Shown here in pieces: positions 49,851-59,204 of a DNA stretch of 64,000 nucleotides. Source of the DNA: Deltaproteobacteria bacterium. GTDB taxonomy: Bacteria > Myxococcota_A > UBA9160 > SMWR01. The stretch is taken from the NCBI GenBank assembly GCA_032128375.1, contig JAQBGU010000002.1, positions 1 through 64,000 of the forward strand. The letters are read 5' to 3'. A model generated the notes under the pieces. That model saw only the letters and a list, made by a program, of their open reading frames with translations, was not told where the DNA came from and made no database searches. The position numbers and the translations under genes are program-made. The stretch's first letter is position 1. Each line of letters opens with the position of its first letter.

Positions 49851-51173
49851 ATGAACCGCACAGCTCGGATGTCGCTCCTGATCGCTCTCACGCTTCTCGC
49901 GTTGGGGATCCGGGCAGCGTACGTGGCCACGGCTGTCGTCGACAATCCCATCCGCGCAGATGCGGCGCAATACGTGAGATACGGCTACAACCTCGCGTTC
50001 CATGGCGTCTACTCATCTGCGCAGGCGCCCGATGTCCTCGAGCCCGATTCTTTTCGCTCGCCTGGTTATCCGCTTCAGCTGGCCGCTCTCCTCGCGCTAG
50101 TCGACAACCCGGCTGCCTTCTACCGCACGCAGCTCGTCATCCAGGCTTTTCTGTCTGCGCTCGTGGTTCCGATCGTGATCCTACTGGCAAGACGGACCAT
50201 GCGGGAATCATACGCGCTCGCGGTGGGATTGATGACCGCGCTGATGCCGCACCAGGTCACGTCGAGCGGCTACTTGCTCACCGAGACACTCCAGTCGTTC
50301 CTATTCGCGGCCAGTATTCTCGGGTTCGTGACTTCACTCGCAAGACACAGAATCAGTACTTCTGTGCTTGCGGGGATCTTGTTCGGTCTGCTGTACATGA
50401 CCAACGAGGCTACGCTGCTGCTTGCGCCGCTGTTGGTCGCTCTGGTCTTGCTGGGGAGTCATACGGCGCGCCATCCCCGGTCCCGACGCGGGCTGATCGT
50501 CCTTCTAGGCTCGTTCGCGGTGTTTCCTGTGGCTTGGCAGCTCCGTGGCATCGTCAGCATTCCCGCCGAATCGAAGAACCTGGGCTCCGGAAGGGCTTGG
50601 TCTGCGGCTGTGGAGGGCAGCTATCCGGGCTTTCGGTTCGGTGAGCACTCCACATACGGATATGCATATCGAGCGGATTCCGAGTTTCGCGACATGCAAA
50701 CGTCGGCGCACCGGTTCTTTGAAGTGATGAGGTCGCGTGTTGCCGACGACCCGACTCGGTACCTCGCGTGGTACTCCTTCCAGAAACCACTGGCTCTGTG
50801 GAAGTGGGGGTTCGTGCAGGGTGCGGGCGACATCTACATCTACGGAGTCGACAAATCGATCTATGAATCGCAAGGTTGGGCTCGCCTAACGCGTGAGTTG
50901 ATTCGCTCTCTGCACCCATTTGCGCTGTGTCTTGCTGCCTTCGCCATCATCCACGCCGCGTTCGGGATCTACCGAAAGGGCCTTGCGTCTGATTTGATTG
51001 TCCCCGCCGTGCTCTCCGTGACGATTGTGTACTGGACCGCGGTTCATACGGTCCTCCTGGCACTGCCGCGATACGGCATCGCGTTGCGTCCTGAAGTCTA
51101 TCTACTCGCAGCATGGGCTCTGGTCGAAAGCGCGCCATGGCCGCGGAGGATCATCGCACTTCTGCGACAATAG
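49851..51173 (+). CDS. GT-C (GT39/PMT-2) membrane glycosyltransferase
   Basis: DAAQY, RSPGYP, LLTETL and PRY motifs; multi-TM. Confidence 0.85.
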   Translation: MNRTARMSLLIALTLLALGIRAAYVATAVVDNPIRADAAQYVRYGYNLAFHGVYSSAQAPDVLEPDSFRSPGYPLQLAALLALVDNPAAFYRTQLVIQAFLSALVVPIVILLARRTMRESYALAVGLMTALMPHQVTSSGYLLTETLQSFLFAASILGFVTSLARHRISTSVLAGILFGLLYMTNEATLLLAPLLVALVLLGSHTARHPRSRRGLIVLLGSFAVFPVAWQLRGIVSIPAESKNLGSGRAWSAAVEGSYPGFRFGEHSTYGYAYRADSEFRDMQTSAHRFFEVMRSRVADDPTRYLAWYSFQKPLALWKWGFVQGAGDIYIYGVDKSIYESQGWARLTRELIRSLHPFALCLAAFAIIHAAFGIYRKGLASDLIVPAVLSVTIVYWTAVHTVLLALPRYGIALRPEVYLLAAWALVESAPWPRRIIALLRQ

Positions 51174-51293
51174 ACGGCCCGATTCCCGCGGACCGAGCGC
51201 GTCACCACGCGCTTCGCGGTGGACCGCGCTGGGTGCGTCGCCCGGGGTCGAAGTCATCGACCGCGTTCATCCTCAGGCCAATACCAGTTGGCA

Positions 51294-53237
51294 TCACTGT
51301 AGAGCGGCTTTTCTCGGCCTATCCTCCAGAAGTACACCCAGGTTGTACTGGGCCTCTGCGTAGTCCGGCCTGATCCGTAAGGCCTCTTGGTAGTGCGTCA
51401 TCGCCTCTGCGAGGCGTCCCAGGTCCTGGACGGCGAGGGCCCAGTTGTAGTGAGCCTCGGCCAGGTTCGTCTTGTTCCGCAAGGCATCTCGGTAGTGCGC
51501 GATCGCCTCCTCAGAACGGCCGAGGTTCGCCAACGCGGTTCCCCAGTTGTAATGGGCATCGGCGTAGTCCGGCTCGATCCGCAATGCGTGTTCGTAATGC
51601 GCAACTGACTCCTCGAAGCGCCCCAACAGCTGCAGGGCGGTGCCCCAGCCGTCATGGGCCTTGGCGTGATCCGGCTCCAACCGCAAGGCCTTTTGGTAAT
51701 GCGCCACCGCCTCTTCAGGACGGCCAAGACCCGCCAGGGCAACGCCCCAGTTGTAGTGGGCCTCCGCGTAGTCCGGCTCGATCTGCAACGCTTCTTGAAC
51801 TTGGGTCAGCGCCGCATCAAAGCGTCCGACCCTTCCCAGAGCGGCGCCCAGGTTGTTGTGGGCTCTGGCGTGCTGGGGGCTCTTCGAGACCACATCGCTC
51901 CAGAGCGTGATCTCGTCCTGCCAGACCTGGTTTCGGTGGTACGAACCTACTGCCAGTAGCAGACAGATGGCCGCGGGCACGGCGACCGCCCAGCCCGACG
52001 GGGCCCCCGTTCCAGCGAACAGCAGCCAGGCCAGCAACAGTGAAAAGCCGACCATTGGCAGATACAACCGGTGCTCGAAAACCATCTCCAGCCCGATCAC
52101 ACTCGATTCGATCACCAGGTGCAGGAAAAACCATAACAAGCAGAAGGAAGCAATCCGATGTCGGTGCGCCAGATAGAGGGTCAGGCCCAACAGGCCAGAG
52201 ATACCCACCATCGAGAGCAACGTGGTGATCGGTTCGATCGGAGATTGCGAAGGGACGACTTGATGAATCAGGTTCAGTCGCGACGGATGTGGCACCGCCA
52301 GCAGGCTGAGATAGAACATGACGACGCGAAATTGTGTCATTAGCCGCTGGCCCAACGTGAAGTCACGATGGGCGTAGCTCGCCAACAACCTGTCGAGTGG
52401 CTCACTGCCCAGGTAGAGCCACGCCAGCAACCCCAGCAACCCCAGCAGCGCCAACGCCAGCAATCCGAACTTTGTGTTCTTCTTGGCACCAGCAACGCCC
52501 GAGTCCTGAAAGAAGTACCACTCGAACCACAGGATGGTCACCGGCAGGGTGACGGAGATCTGCTTGCTGCCCAAAGCCAATAGCCAACAGACAACGCTGC
52601 TTGCCCAAAGTGTCCAGCGACGACGGGGCGCCTGTGCAGTGCGTCCGTAGATATAGAGCAACAGCGCCGCCAGGTAGAAAAATGCGCACAGGCTGGTCAT
52701 CCGCTGGACGATGTACGTCACCGCCTGAGTTTGGATCGGATGACTGGCGAAGATCAGGGCAGCTGTCAGCGCGATCCAATGCGAAACGGAAGGCCGCAAC
52801 AGGCGGTCCTCGCGCGGCGGGACCCGCCGGAGCACGGCCAGCGCCAGCAGGTACACGAGCAAGGCAGTGAGCAGGTGGATGCCGATGTTGACGACATGGT
52901 ATCCCCTGACGTTGTGCTGGCCGAAGTAGTAGTTCAGCGCGAAGGAAAGGTTCGCCACCGGCCGACTCGGACTGGGGCTCTCGCGCACGGCTCCTTGCAC
53001 GCCCGACCAGCTGAAGTCCGTCCAGCGTAGGCTCCGGTTGTCTTGGATGTTGGGAACGTCATCAAAGACAAACGGCCCGGAAAGGCTGTTCGAATAAGCG
53101 GCCAGACAGAGAACAGCGATAGATGACATCGCGAACACGTGAAATGCGCCGTGTCGGCCGGGGACTGAATCAACGGCGTTTTGCGACGCCGCTTTTCGCG
53201 GATTGGATTTTCGGCTGAAGCTCTTTCGACGGCCCAC
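51294..53237 (-). CDS. TMTC-like membrane glycosyltransferase with C-terminal TPRs
   Basis: FVFDD, SRPV, HPIQTQAVTYIVQR, SKQ and EHRLYLP motifs; ~7 TPRs (AEAHYNWG). Confidence 0.88.
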   Translation of the reverse strand: MGRRKSFSRKSNPRKAASQNAVDSVPGRHGAFHVFAMSSIAVLCLAAYSNSLSGPFVFDDVPNIQDNRSLRWTDFSWSGVQGAVRESPSPSRPVANLSFALNYYFGQHNVRGYHVVNIGIHLLTALLVYLLALAVLRRVPPREDRLLRPSVSHWIALTAALIFASHPIQTQAVTYIVQRMTSLCAFFYLAALLLYIYGRTAQAPRRRWTLWASSVVCWLLALGSKQISVTLPVTILWFEWYFFQDSGVAGAKKNTKFGLLALALLGLLGLLAWLYLGSEPLDRLLASYAHRDFTLGQRLMTQFRVVMFYLSLLAVPHPSRLNLIHQVVPSQSPIEPITTLLSMVGISGLLGLTLYLAHRHRIASFCLLWFFLHLVIESSVIGLEMVFEHRLYLPMVGFSLLLAWLLFAGTGAPSGWAVAVPAAICLLLAVGSYHRNQVWQDEITLWSDVVSKSPQHARAHNNLGAALGRVGRFDAALTQVQEALQIEPDYAEAHYNWGVALAGLGRPEEAVAHYQKALRLEPDHAKAHDGWGTALQLLGRFEESVAHYEHALRIEPDYADAHYNWGTALANLGRSEEAIAHYRDALRNKTNLAEAHYNWALAVQDLGRLAEAMTHYQEALRIRPDYAEAQYNLGVLLEDRPRKAALQ

Positions 53238-53455
53238 GCGTGCGATTGTAACCCGACCCGGGACTTGCATACCTCGCTGGTCTCGTGCTCCACGGGCTTC
53301 TGAACGCCTCGGTCACGCGTTGCCGCCCCGGGTCGCGCATTTCGCCCGTGCATTCGGCCGCCTTGCCATTTCTGCTACTTGGCTGGGTACCCCTCCGAGT
53401 CGGCCTGCTAGAATTCTTGGAGCACAGTCACGGGCTCGGCTATGTTCGCGGCGTG

Positions 53456-54769
53456 ATGAAAAATATCTCGCGCACCATACTCGCTGCGATCGTGGGGGGT
53501 GTCGGGCTTACTGCATGTGACCCGGCAGAATCTCCCGAACCCGTCAAGTCGCTGCCGGTCGAGTCCGAGGCGGTCGATCGCGTCGCACCGGCCCACGCGC
53601 CAGAAATGACCAGCGCCGACGACACGGTAACGGCTGAGATCCGCAAATCCCTCGCAGAGGTCATGCGGGACCCAGATGCCTTCTCGAGGGCCCGAAAGCT
53701 CGGGGCCCTGCTTCCCACGTTGGGCCCAGAGGGTGTTGAGGCGGCCGCACAAACGCTCAAGGATGAAGCGCTCAATAAGGGACCCTCTGATCGCGAGTTG
53801 CTGGTGCGGTACTGGGCGACCCATCAACCGGAGAACGTGGCGAATTGGTCCCGTTTCTCGCCACCGCTCTTTCGTATGAGCACAATCATCGTCGCGCTCG
53901 CGATGTGGGCAGAGGCGGATCCGGCGGCTGCGCTCAGTGCCTCCGAGCAATGGATGAGAGAGGACCCTACGCTCTCGAATGTCGTGCCGATCGCTCTGGT
54001 GACCGGGTGGTACGCGAACGGGGACTCTCCCGAGCTCGGGCAATGGATCCAAGGCCTCGGAGCGAGCTTCACCCAGCAGCGCGCGATCGCCACCTACGTG
54101 CGCGTCCTCATCCAGTCTCACGGGCGCGGAAAGGCGGAGCACTGGGCCCAGTCGCTTTCCGACGACGACGGACAATTCAAGCTGGCCGCCTACCGCCAGG
54201 TGGCCTCTGCGCTGCCGCTATTCGATCACGACTCCGGTATCGCGTGGTGCGAAGCACACTGCGAAGGACCCTACGGCAAGAACCTGCGAAGCCTGATCGC
54301 CAGACAATGGGCCTATGAGGACGGAGAGGCCGCGGTCGATTGGATCCTGAGTGCGCCCCAAAACAAGGACAACGACTTGGCTCTGCGCGCCACCTACGCG
54401 CTCTGGGGCCGGTCCTCCGATCGACAGGCAGCGTTGCACTGGATGGCTAGTCGGATTGCCGGACAGCGGCTGGACCCCAGGCTCGCCCCGATTCTGCCTG
54501 TCTATGCGCTGTTGGTCACAGAGGATTCACCCAGCGATGCGATCGAGTTTGCGATGCGGATCGAAGACGAAGTCGATCGTGCGAATGTGCTCGTCTTGAT
54601 CGTTCGAGAGTGGCGCAATACCGACCCGGACGCGTCCGAGGCTTGGCTCCTCCAATCGCCGCTCACGCCGGAGGAACGGGACAGAGCGCGCAGTAGAAGC
54701 GGTCAGCTAAACCAGCCGGAGCAGACGGGCGAGGAAGACACGACGGAGACGCCGCCCGAAGATTCGTAA
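53456..54769 (+). CDS. Hypothetical lipoprotein with helical (HEAT-like) repeats
   Basis: Lipobox LTAC; recurring W-x-x-x-D-P/G-x-A-A-x-x-W motifs. Confidence 0.8.
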   Translation: MKNISRTILAAIVGGVGLTACDPAESPEPVKSLPVESEAVDRVAPAHAPEMTSADDTVTAEIRKSLAEVMRDPDAFSRARKLGALLPTLGPEGVEAAAQTLKDEALNKGPSDRELLVRYWATHQPENVANWSRFSPPLFRMSTIIVALAMWAEADPAAALSASEQWMREDPTLSNVVPIALVTGWYANGDSPELGQWIQGLGASFTQQRAIATYVRVLIQSHGRGKAEHWAQSLSDDDGQFKLAAYRQVASALPLFDHDSGIAWCEAHCEGPYGKNLRSLIARQWAYEDGEAAVDWILSAPQNKDNDLALRATYALWGRSSDRQAALHWMASRIAGQRLDPRLAPILPVYALLVTEDSPSDAIEFAMRIEDEVDRANVLVLIVREWRNTDPDASEAWLLQSPLTPEERDRARSRSGQLNQPEQTGEEDTTETPPEDS

Positions 54770-54900
54770 GAGTCGTGGATTGAACTGCGCGGCGCATGCA
54801 TTGGAATACGCGGTCTAAGAACGGGCCTGGAAGCTTGGGTACGGCGGTAAGCGATCAGAGAGACCCAAATCTTCGGACCACAGTGCGGACCACAACGTGG

Positions 54901-55194
54901 TTATCTGCCGCGCCAAACGATCTCTTCGCCCACAGCATAAAGCACGCATTCCGCCCGCATCCGCTGGATTTCGCGGCGGATGCGACATTGGGCGAGCGCC
55001 TCGGCGCTGGCCTCATCGAGCGTAAGGTAGCCGCTCGCTGCCGCCGTGACCCACCGAACTCGTCGAGGGTCTCCAGCGATCGCCAGCGCACGTTCCACCG
55101 GTAATTCGAGGAAATGCCGCCAGATCGAGACGAGATTCGGGTGCGGTGAGGCACCCTTCGATGCACAGGCCGATGCACCGGCGATGTGCATCAC
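54901..55194 (-). CDS. Small hypothetical protein or lipoprotein (start uncertain)
   Basis: Protein-like composition: ASGYLTLDEASAEALAQC...CVLYAVGEEIVW. Confidence 0.5.
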   Translation of the reverse strand: MMHIAGASACASKGASPHPNLVSIWRHFLELPVERALAIAGDPRRVRWVTAAASGYLTLDEASAEALAQCRIRREIQRMRAECVLYAVGEEIVWRGR

Positions 55195-55238
55195 GGCCCA
55201 AAGGATGGCGGCGGTGCGTCCGACCGAAACAATACGAA

Positions 55239-55272
55239 ACGGGGCGGATCGATCGAAATCAATCCGCCCCGT
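55239..55272 (-). terminator. Rho-independent terminator after the IPTL-CTERM gene
   Basis: ACGGGGCGGAT...ATCCGCCCCGT stem followed by a T-rich tail on the minus strand. Confidence 0.8.
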
Positions 55273-55321
55273 CCATTCTGCCAGAGCGTGTTTCAGAGAG
55301 GCTCTAAGCGTCGACTTACCC

Positions 55322-56476
55322 TTACGACGCCGTAGCCCACCGTGCTCGCTTCGCGTAGCCGAGTGCGACCAGCGCGATGAACCCGGCTGCAGTTACGCGT
55401 CCCCATGTGGACAATGCGGGAACGAAAGTTTCGTTGCCAATCACGAGCTTGAGCCAACCACGATTCGCGTTCGGGCCCGACAGGGTTCGGTCGCTCAAAG
55501 AGCCGGCGACCATCGAGATCATCCCGTTGCCGTTCGCATTTCGCATGTCCGTGCCTGAGAGCGTGAAGTGCTCCATCGGCGATGCGCTGGGTACGTCAAT
55601 TGTAATTCTGCCCGCGGTCCAAGGGTAACCCACGGAGGTCGCGGCGTTGACCAGAGCAGGACCAGCCGCAATGATGACGCCTGGCTTCATCAAGAGCGTT
55701 CCTGGGGGAGCAAGGCCAACACTGAGAGCAACTACCGCGGCGAGCGGGGGAAGGCCAAAATCCATCACTGTGACACCCGGCGTGGCGCCGATGGCTCCGA
55801 GTCCGCTGGGATATGCGCCGACCATGAGGGCTCGGCAGGCAGCGCTAGCAGTGGATAGCGGAGGGTAAATGGTGTGGTGGCACGCCGGAGGCGCACCGCC
55901 GCCAACCAGATAAACACTCACCGGCGCTCCGGGGAACAGGCCCTTCCCACCCGGGTAGCTGAGTTTTCCCCGGGCCGCGCCGCCGAAGGCTTTCGCCAGG
56001 TTTCCCGGCGAATACCGAATACTTTTCGCACCCACCAGGTAGGTGTGCGTCTGGTCCCCAACCGATCGGACTCCCGTCGAGAACATCCTCCCGCCCGAAG
56101 CTCCAGCGGGAAATTCGTAAGTCAAGGCAGTCCCGACCGCGTAGACGGCCGTGTTCGATGTGTACACACCCACCGTCGTCAGCGTAGAGTCCTTCCTGAG
56201 CACGCCAACCGGAAGGGTGATCTTCGCCTGTGCGGCCATCGCGGTCACATAGACCGGCCTGTCGACACCACCCTTGCGCGGAATCAGAAGCGTTGGCTGC
56301 TGCGAACCCGTGCCAACAAACGCGGCCTGGATCGGTAGTGCCAAGCCGTTGCCGATGTGGAACTGCGCGCCGGACCCGGCGAGCAGAGACTTCAGCTGTC
56401 CGACCGCCTGAGCACTGGTCGCTAAGACCAGGCTCAGCAAAATCGCAGTGAATAACATGGTGCATTTTTGCAACAT
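55322..56476 (-). CDS. Secreted surface protein with IPTL-CTERM-like sorting signal
   Basis: Signal peptide ending SAQA; C-terminus VPALSTWG + TM helix + KRAR; AGGGGAG RBS. Confidence 0.85.
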   Translation of the reverse strand: MLQKCTMLFTAILLSLVLATSAQAVGQLKSLLAGSGAQFHIGNGLALPIQAAFVGTGSQQPTLLIPRKGGVDRPVYVTAMAAQAKITLPVGVLRKDSTLTTVGVYTSNTAVYAVGTALTYEFPAGASGGRMFSTGVRSVGDQTHTYLVGAKSIRYSPGNLAKAFGGAARGKLSYPGGKGLFPGAPVSVYLVGGGAPPACHHTIYPPLSTASAACRALMVGAYPSGLGAIGATPGVTVMDFGLPPLAAVVALSVGLAPPGTLLMKPGVIIAAGPALVNAATSVGYPWTAGRITIDVPSASPMEHFTLSGTDMRNANGNGMISMVAGSLSDRTLSGPNANRGWLKLVIGNETFVPALSTWGRVTAAGFIALVALGYAKRARWATAS

Positions 56477-56590
56477 CAAAATATCTCCCCTTGTTGGTAA
56501 GCGATCTCCGGCGTTCCGGAGATCCGACCTAACCGGATCAGAACATGCCCTTCGTTATGGAATGAGCGTCATCGCACAGAACGTACCCGA

Positions 56591-56606
56591 TGCAATCTCT
56601 GTGCCT
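56591..56606 (-). promoter_or_regulatory. Sigma-54 (-24/-12) promoter
   Basis: Minus strand AGGCAC-AGAGA-TTGCA, with correct GG-N10-GC spacing. Confidence 0.75.
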
Positions 56607-56645
56607 AGAAGTGACGACCTTTTGATCCGAAATTTTTACTAGAAA

Positions 56646-56658
56646 AATCAAATATTTA
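56646..56658. promoter_or_regulatory. IHF binding site
   Basis: AATCAAatatTTA matches WATCAANNNNTTR and has an adjacent A/T tract. Confidence 0.65.
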
Positions 56659-56713
56659 TGGACGATTCGCGGTTCGTCAGGTGAACTGGTTGGCGGCGTT
56701 TCTGATGGAGAGA

Positions 56714-56749
56714 GGAAATGTCTTTCCACGCATGTGGAACACGCTTTCC
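56714..56749. promoter_or_regulatory. Paired GGAA-N6-TTCC palindromes, candidate enhancer (UAS)
   Basis: GGAAatgtctTTCC and GGAAcacgctTTCC, 22 bp apart. Confidence 0.55.
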
Positions 56750-56813
56750 GAGTTTGTCATCCCGCGGGGATCGGGCTGCGCGCTACAGGCACCAGGCGGT
56801 GACCGTAGAAGAG

Positions 56814-59144
56814 CTAGCCTTGCGAAACTGCAGCCGCGGAAGCAGCCTCGCGAAGCTTCTGAGCGCGCTCGGCCGCCTGTGCGGCGGGCTCTGGCTCGCC
56901 CCGCTGGAGGTGGACCCGGCTGAGCAGCTCGAGTGTATCGGGGCCGTGGCGCAGGTTCACGGCTCGGCGGGCTCGCTCGAGCGTCCGATCGGTCGCGGCC
57001 CCGCGCTCGAGGTCCAGTCGAGCGCGTTCAGAAGCTGCCTCGGCGTCGAAGGGGTGCTCCACCAGCAGCCTGTCGAGCCGCTCGGCCGCCAGCTCGGGTT
57101 TTCCCGCGGCGACGAGTGCTCTCGCTGACAGAAGCTGCAGGTTGGGATCGGAGGGGTCCGCTGATGCGGCGCGGTCGAACAAGACCAGGGCTGCCTCGGC
57201 GTCGTCGGCCAGGGCCAGCCGACCCAATCCCGCTAGCGCCTGCGCGTTGCCTGGCTCGATCTCCAGCGCGCGCGTGTAGGCCGCGCGTACGGCGTCTCCC
57301 GGGGCTCCAGACAGCTCGAGGTTCAATCCTCTGATCTCCTGGAATGCGCTCGAATCGGGGTACGCGGCGAGAATCCTCGTGAGGCTTGCCGCCTGCTCCG
57401 CAGCCTTCCCCTCCACCAGATGCGAAATGCGCACACGCGCTCGCAAAACAGCGGAGAAGCGCGGATCTTCGAAGTCGAGCGCCGGTAGGCTCGCCAGCAT
57501 CTTCAGCGCCTTGGCTGGGCCGGCCAGCCAGGATACGTCCTCGGCAGCATCAGCCACCACCGGCACAGCCAGATCCGTCCCGAACCTCGTGAGCGCGTCG
57601 GTCACAGCAGCCGTCTGGCCCAGAATCGCCCACAAGCGCAATTGCATCAGCTGCCCCTCGATCGGCAGAGGCGCCTCGTCCGCAGCGGTCTGGAGCATCT
57701 GCAATGCGGATCTTGGCTGCCCCAGCGCGAGCAGCAGATCTGCGCCACGCGTGCGAGCATCGGTCGAGCCTGCGTCGATGCGCACCGCATAGCGGTATTC
57801 TGCCAGCGCGCGCTCGAAGTCGCCGAACTCTTCGGCCGCGAGTGCTGCGTAGTAGCGGCCCCAGGGGTTGTCGGGCCAGAGCTTGAGGGCCCCATCGAAT
57901 TCTCTCAGTGCCTGGGCAGGTTGCCGACGCTCCTGTGCGACGCGCGCGCGGATCAGCTGGCGTTGCGCAGGATTGGAGAGGCGCGCCGCAACGTCGAAGG
58001 CCTCATCGAGCCGGCCGGCCAGCACCAGCACATCAGCGTATCCGAACAGCAGTGGCGCCTCGGGTGAGCCCGTTTCGCGAGCCAGCCCGATGCCTCGCTC
58101 GATCGCGTCGGCCGCGGCAGCGAACTCTCCCTGTGCGCGGCGGAGTTCGCCGAGATCCAACCAAGCGGTGGCAGCTACCAGCGGGTTCTCCGATTGCGTG
58201 GGCTCGCGTAGTACGGCGTCGGCCTCGGCGGTGTTGCCCGAACCGCTCAGTCGCAGGGCGAGTGCCAGCCTGAACGCCCGCGAGGTTGGAGACGCCGCCA
58301 GCGCCGATCTCAGTACCTCGAGCGCGCGTTCAGGTTCGCCCATCTCGTCGTAGAAGGTCGCCGCGTTCGTCACCACCTCCGAGTTGCTCGGATGCGCATC
58401 GAGACACCTGATCCAGGTCTCGCGCGCCTGCTCGAGTTTTTCGCTCTCCCGCTCGAATGCCGCCGTCGTGGAACAGTGCCATGCGAGTACAGCCTGTTTG
58501 GTCGGATTGTCCTGATCTCCGCTCTCCTGCAGCCGGCGACCCGCCTCCGCGAGCGCCTCGCTCGCTTCGTCGAGCCGATCGAGGCTGAGGAGTGCGAGGA
58601 TTTTCGGTTCGTAGGCATCGAGGGCGTCGGGATTGAGTTCGAGCAATCGCTCTGCGTCGGCCAACGCGAGCTCGGGGTCCTTCCTCCAGTGGGCATAGGC
58701 ATTCCCACGCATCATCAGCGCGGACTCATTATCTGGCTCGACTTCCAGCACGCGCCCACTGACCTCGACGACCTCGTTGAAGTCATTGGAAACGAGCGCC
58801 CCATAGGCGAGAGACAAGCCGGCCCGCACGAGCCACTCGGGGTCGTTCATCGCCTTGCGAAACGACCAGACCGCCAGGTTCCCCTGGTTGGTGGAAGTGA
58901 GCGCCGTCCCGTAGAGATAGTTCGCTTCCGAGTCATCCGGGTTCGCCTCCAGATATTCCCGAAGCGGCTCGATAGATCCCAGATAATCTCCGATCAATTG
59001 TTGCTGGCGGATGGCTTCGAGCGGGTCGGCCTGCTCGCAAGCGCTGAGTGCGCTGAGTGCGCTGAGTGTTAGGCAGCTGAGTAACCCGATTCTGATCGCG
59101 TGACGCAGGTTCCCGCACGGAATGGCTCGGAGGGCCTGATGCAT
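56814..59144 (-). CDS. Tetratricopeptide repeat lipoprotein
   Basis: Lipobox (LSA)3-C; TPR-like helices throughout. Confidence 0.88.
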   Translation of the reverse strand: MHQALRAIPCGNLRHAIRIGLLSCLTLSALSALSACEQADPLEAIRQQQLIGDYLGSIEPLREYLEANPDDSEANYLYGTALTSTNQGNLAVWSFRKAMNDPEWLVRAGLSLAYGALVSNDFNEVVEVSGRVLEVEPDNESALMMRGNAYAHWRKDPELALADAERLLELNPDALDAYEPKILALLSLDRLDEASEALAEAGRRLQESGDQDNPTKQAVLAWHCSTTAAFERESEKLEQARETWIRCLDAHPSNSEVVTNAATFYDEMGEPERALEVLRSALAASPTSRAFRLALALRLSGSGNTAEADAVLREPTQSENPLVAATAWLDLGELRRAQGEFAAAADAIERGIGLARETGSPEAPLLFGYADVLVLAGRLDEAFDVAARLSNPAQRQLIRARVAQERRQPAQALREFDGALKLWPDNPWGRYYAALAAEEFGDFERALAEYRYAVRIDAGSTDARTRGADLLLALGQPRSALQMLQTAADEAPLPIEGQLMQLRLWAILGQTAAVTDALTRFGTDLAVPVVADAAEDVSWLAGPAKALKMLASLPALDFEDPRFSAVLRARVRISHLVEGKAAEQAASLTRILAAYPDSSAFQEIRGLNLELSGAPGDAVRAAYTRALEIEPGNAQALAGLGRLALADDAEAALVLFDRAASADPSDPNLQLLSARALVAAGKPELAAERLDRLLVEHPFDAEAASERARLDLERGAATDRTLERARRAVNLRHGPDTLELLSRVHLQRGEPEPAAQAAERAQKLREAASAAAVSQG

Positions 59145-59204
59145 TGTCGGACTGTAGACGATGCCTGCGGTCCTGAACCAGGGTCGCTTCGCTACATTGC
59201 GCGC

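Noticed and set aside
51294..51900. Nucleotide repeats as a DGR or other repeat element
   Set aside because: Explained by 34-aa TPR coding repeats; no reverse transcriptase in the window
59042..59068. 9-bp repeats as phase-variation tracts (also 52425-52450)
   Set aside because: In-frame triplet multiples in signal or TM segments, so slippage would not shift the frame
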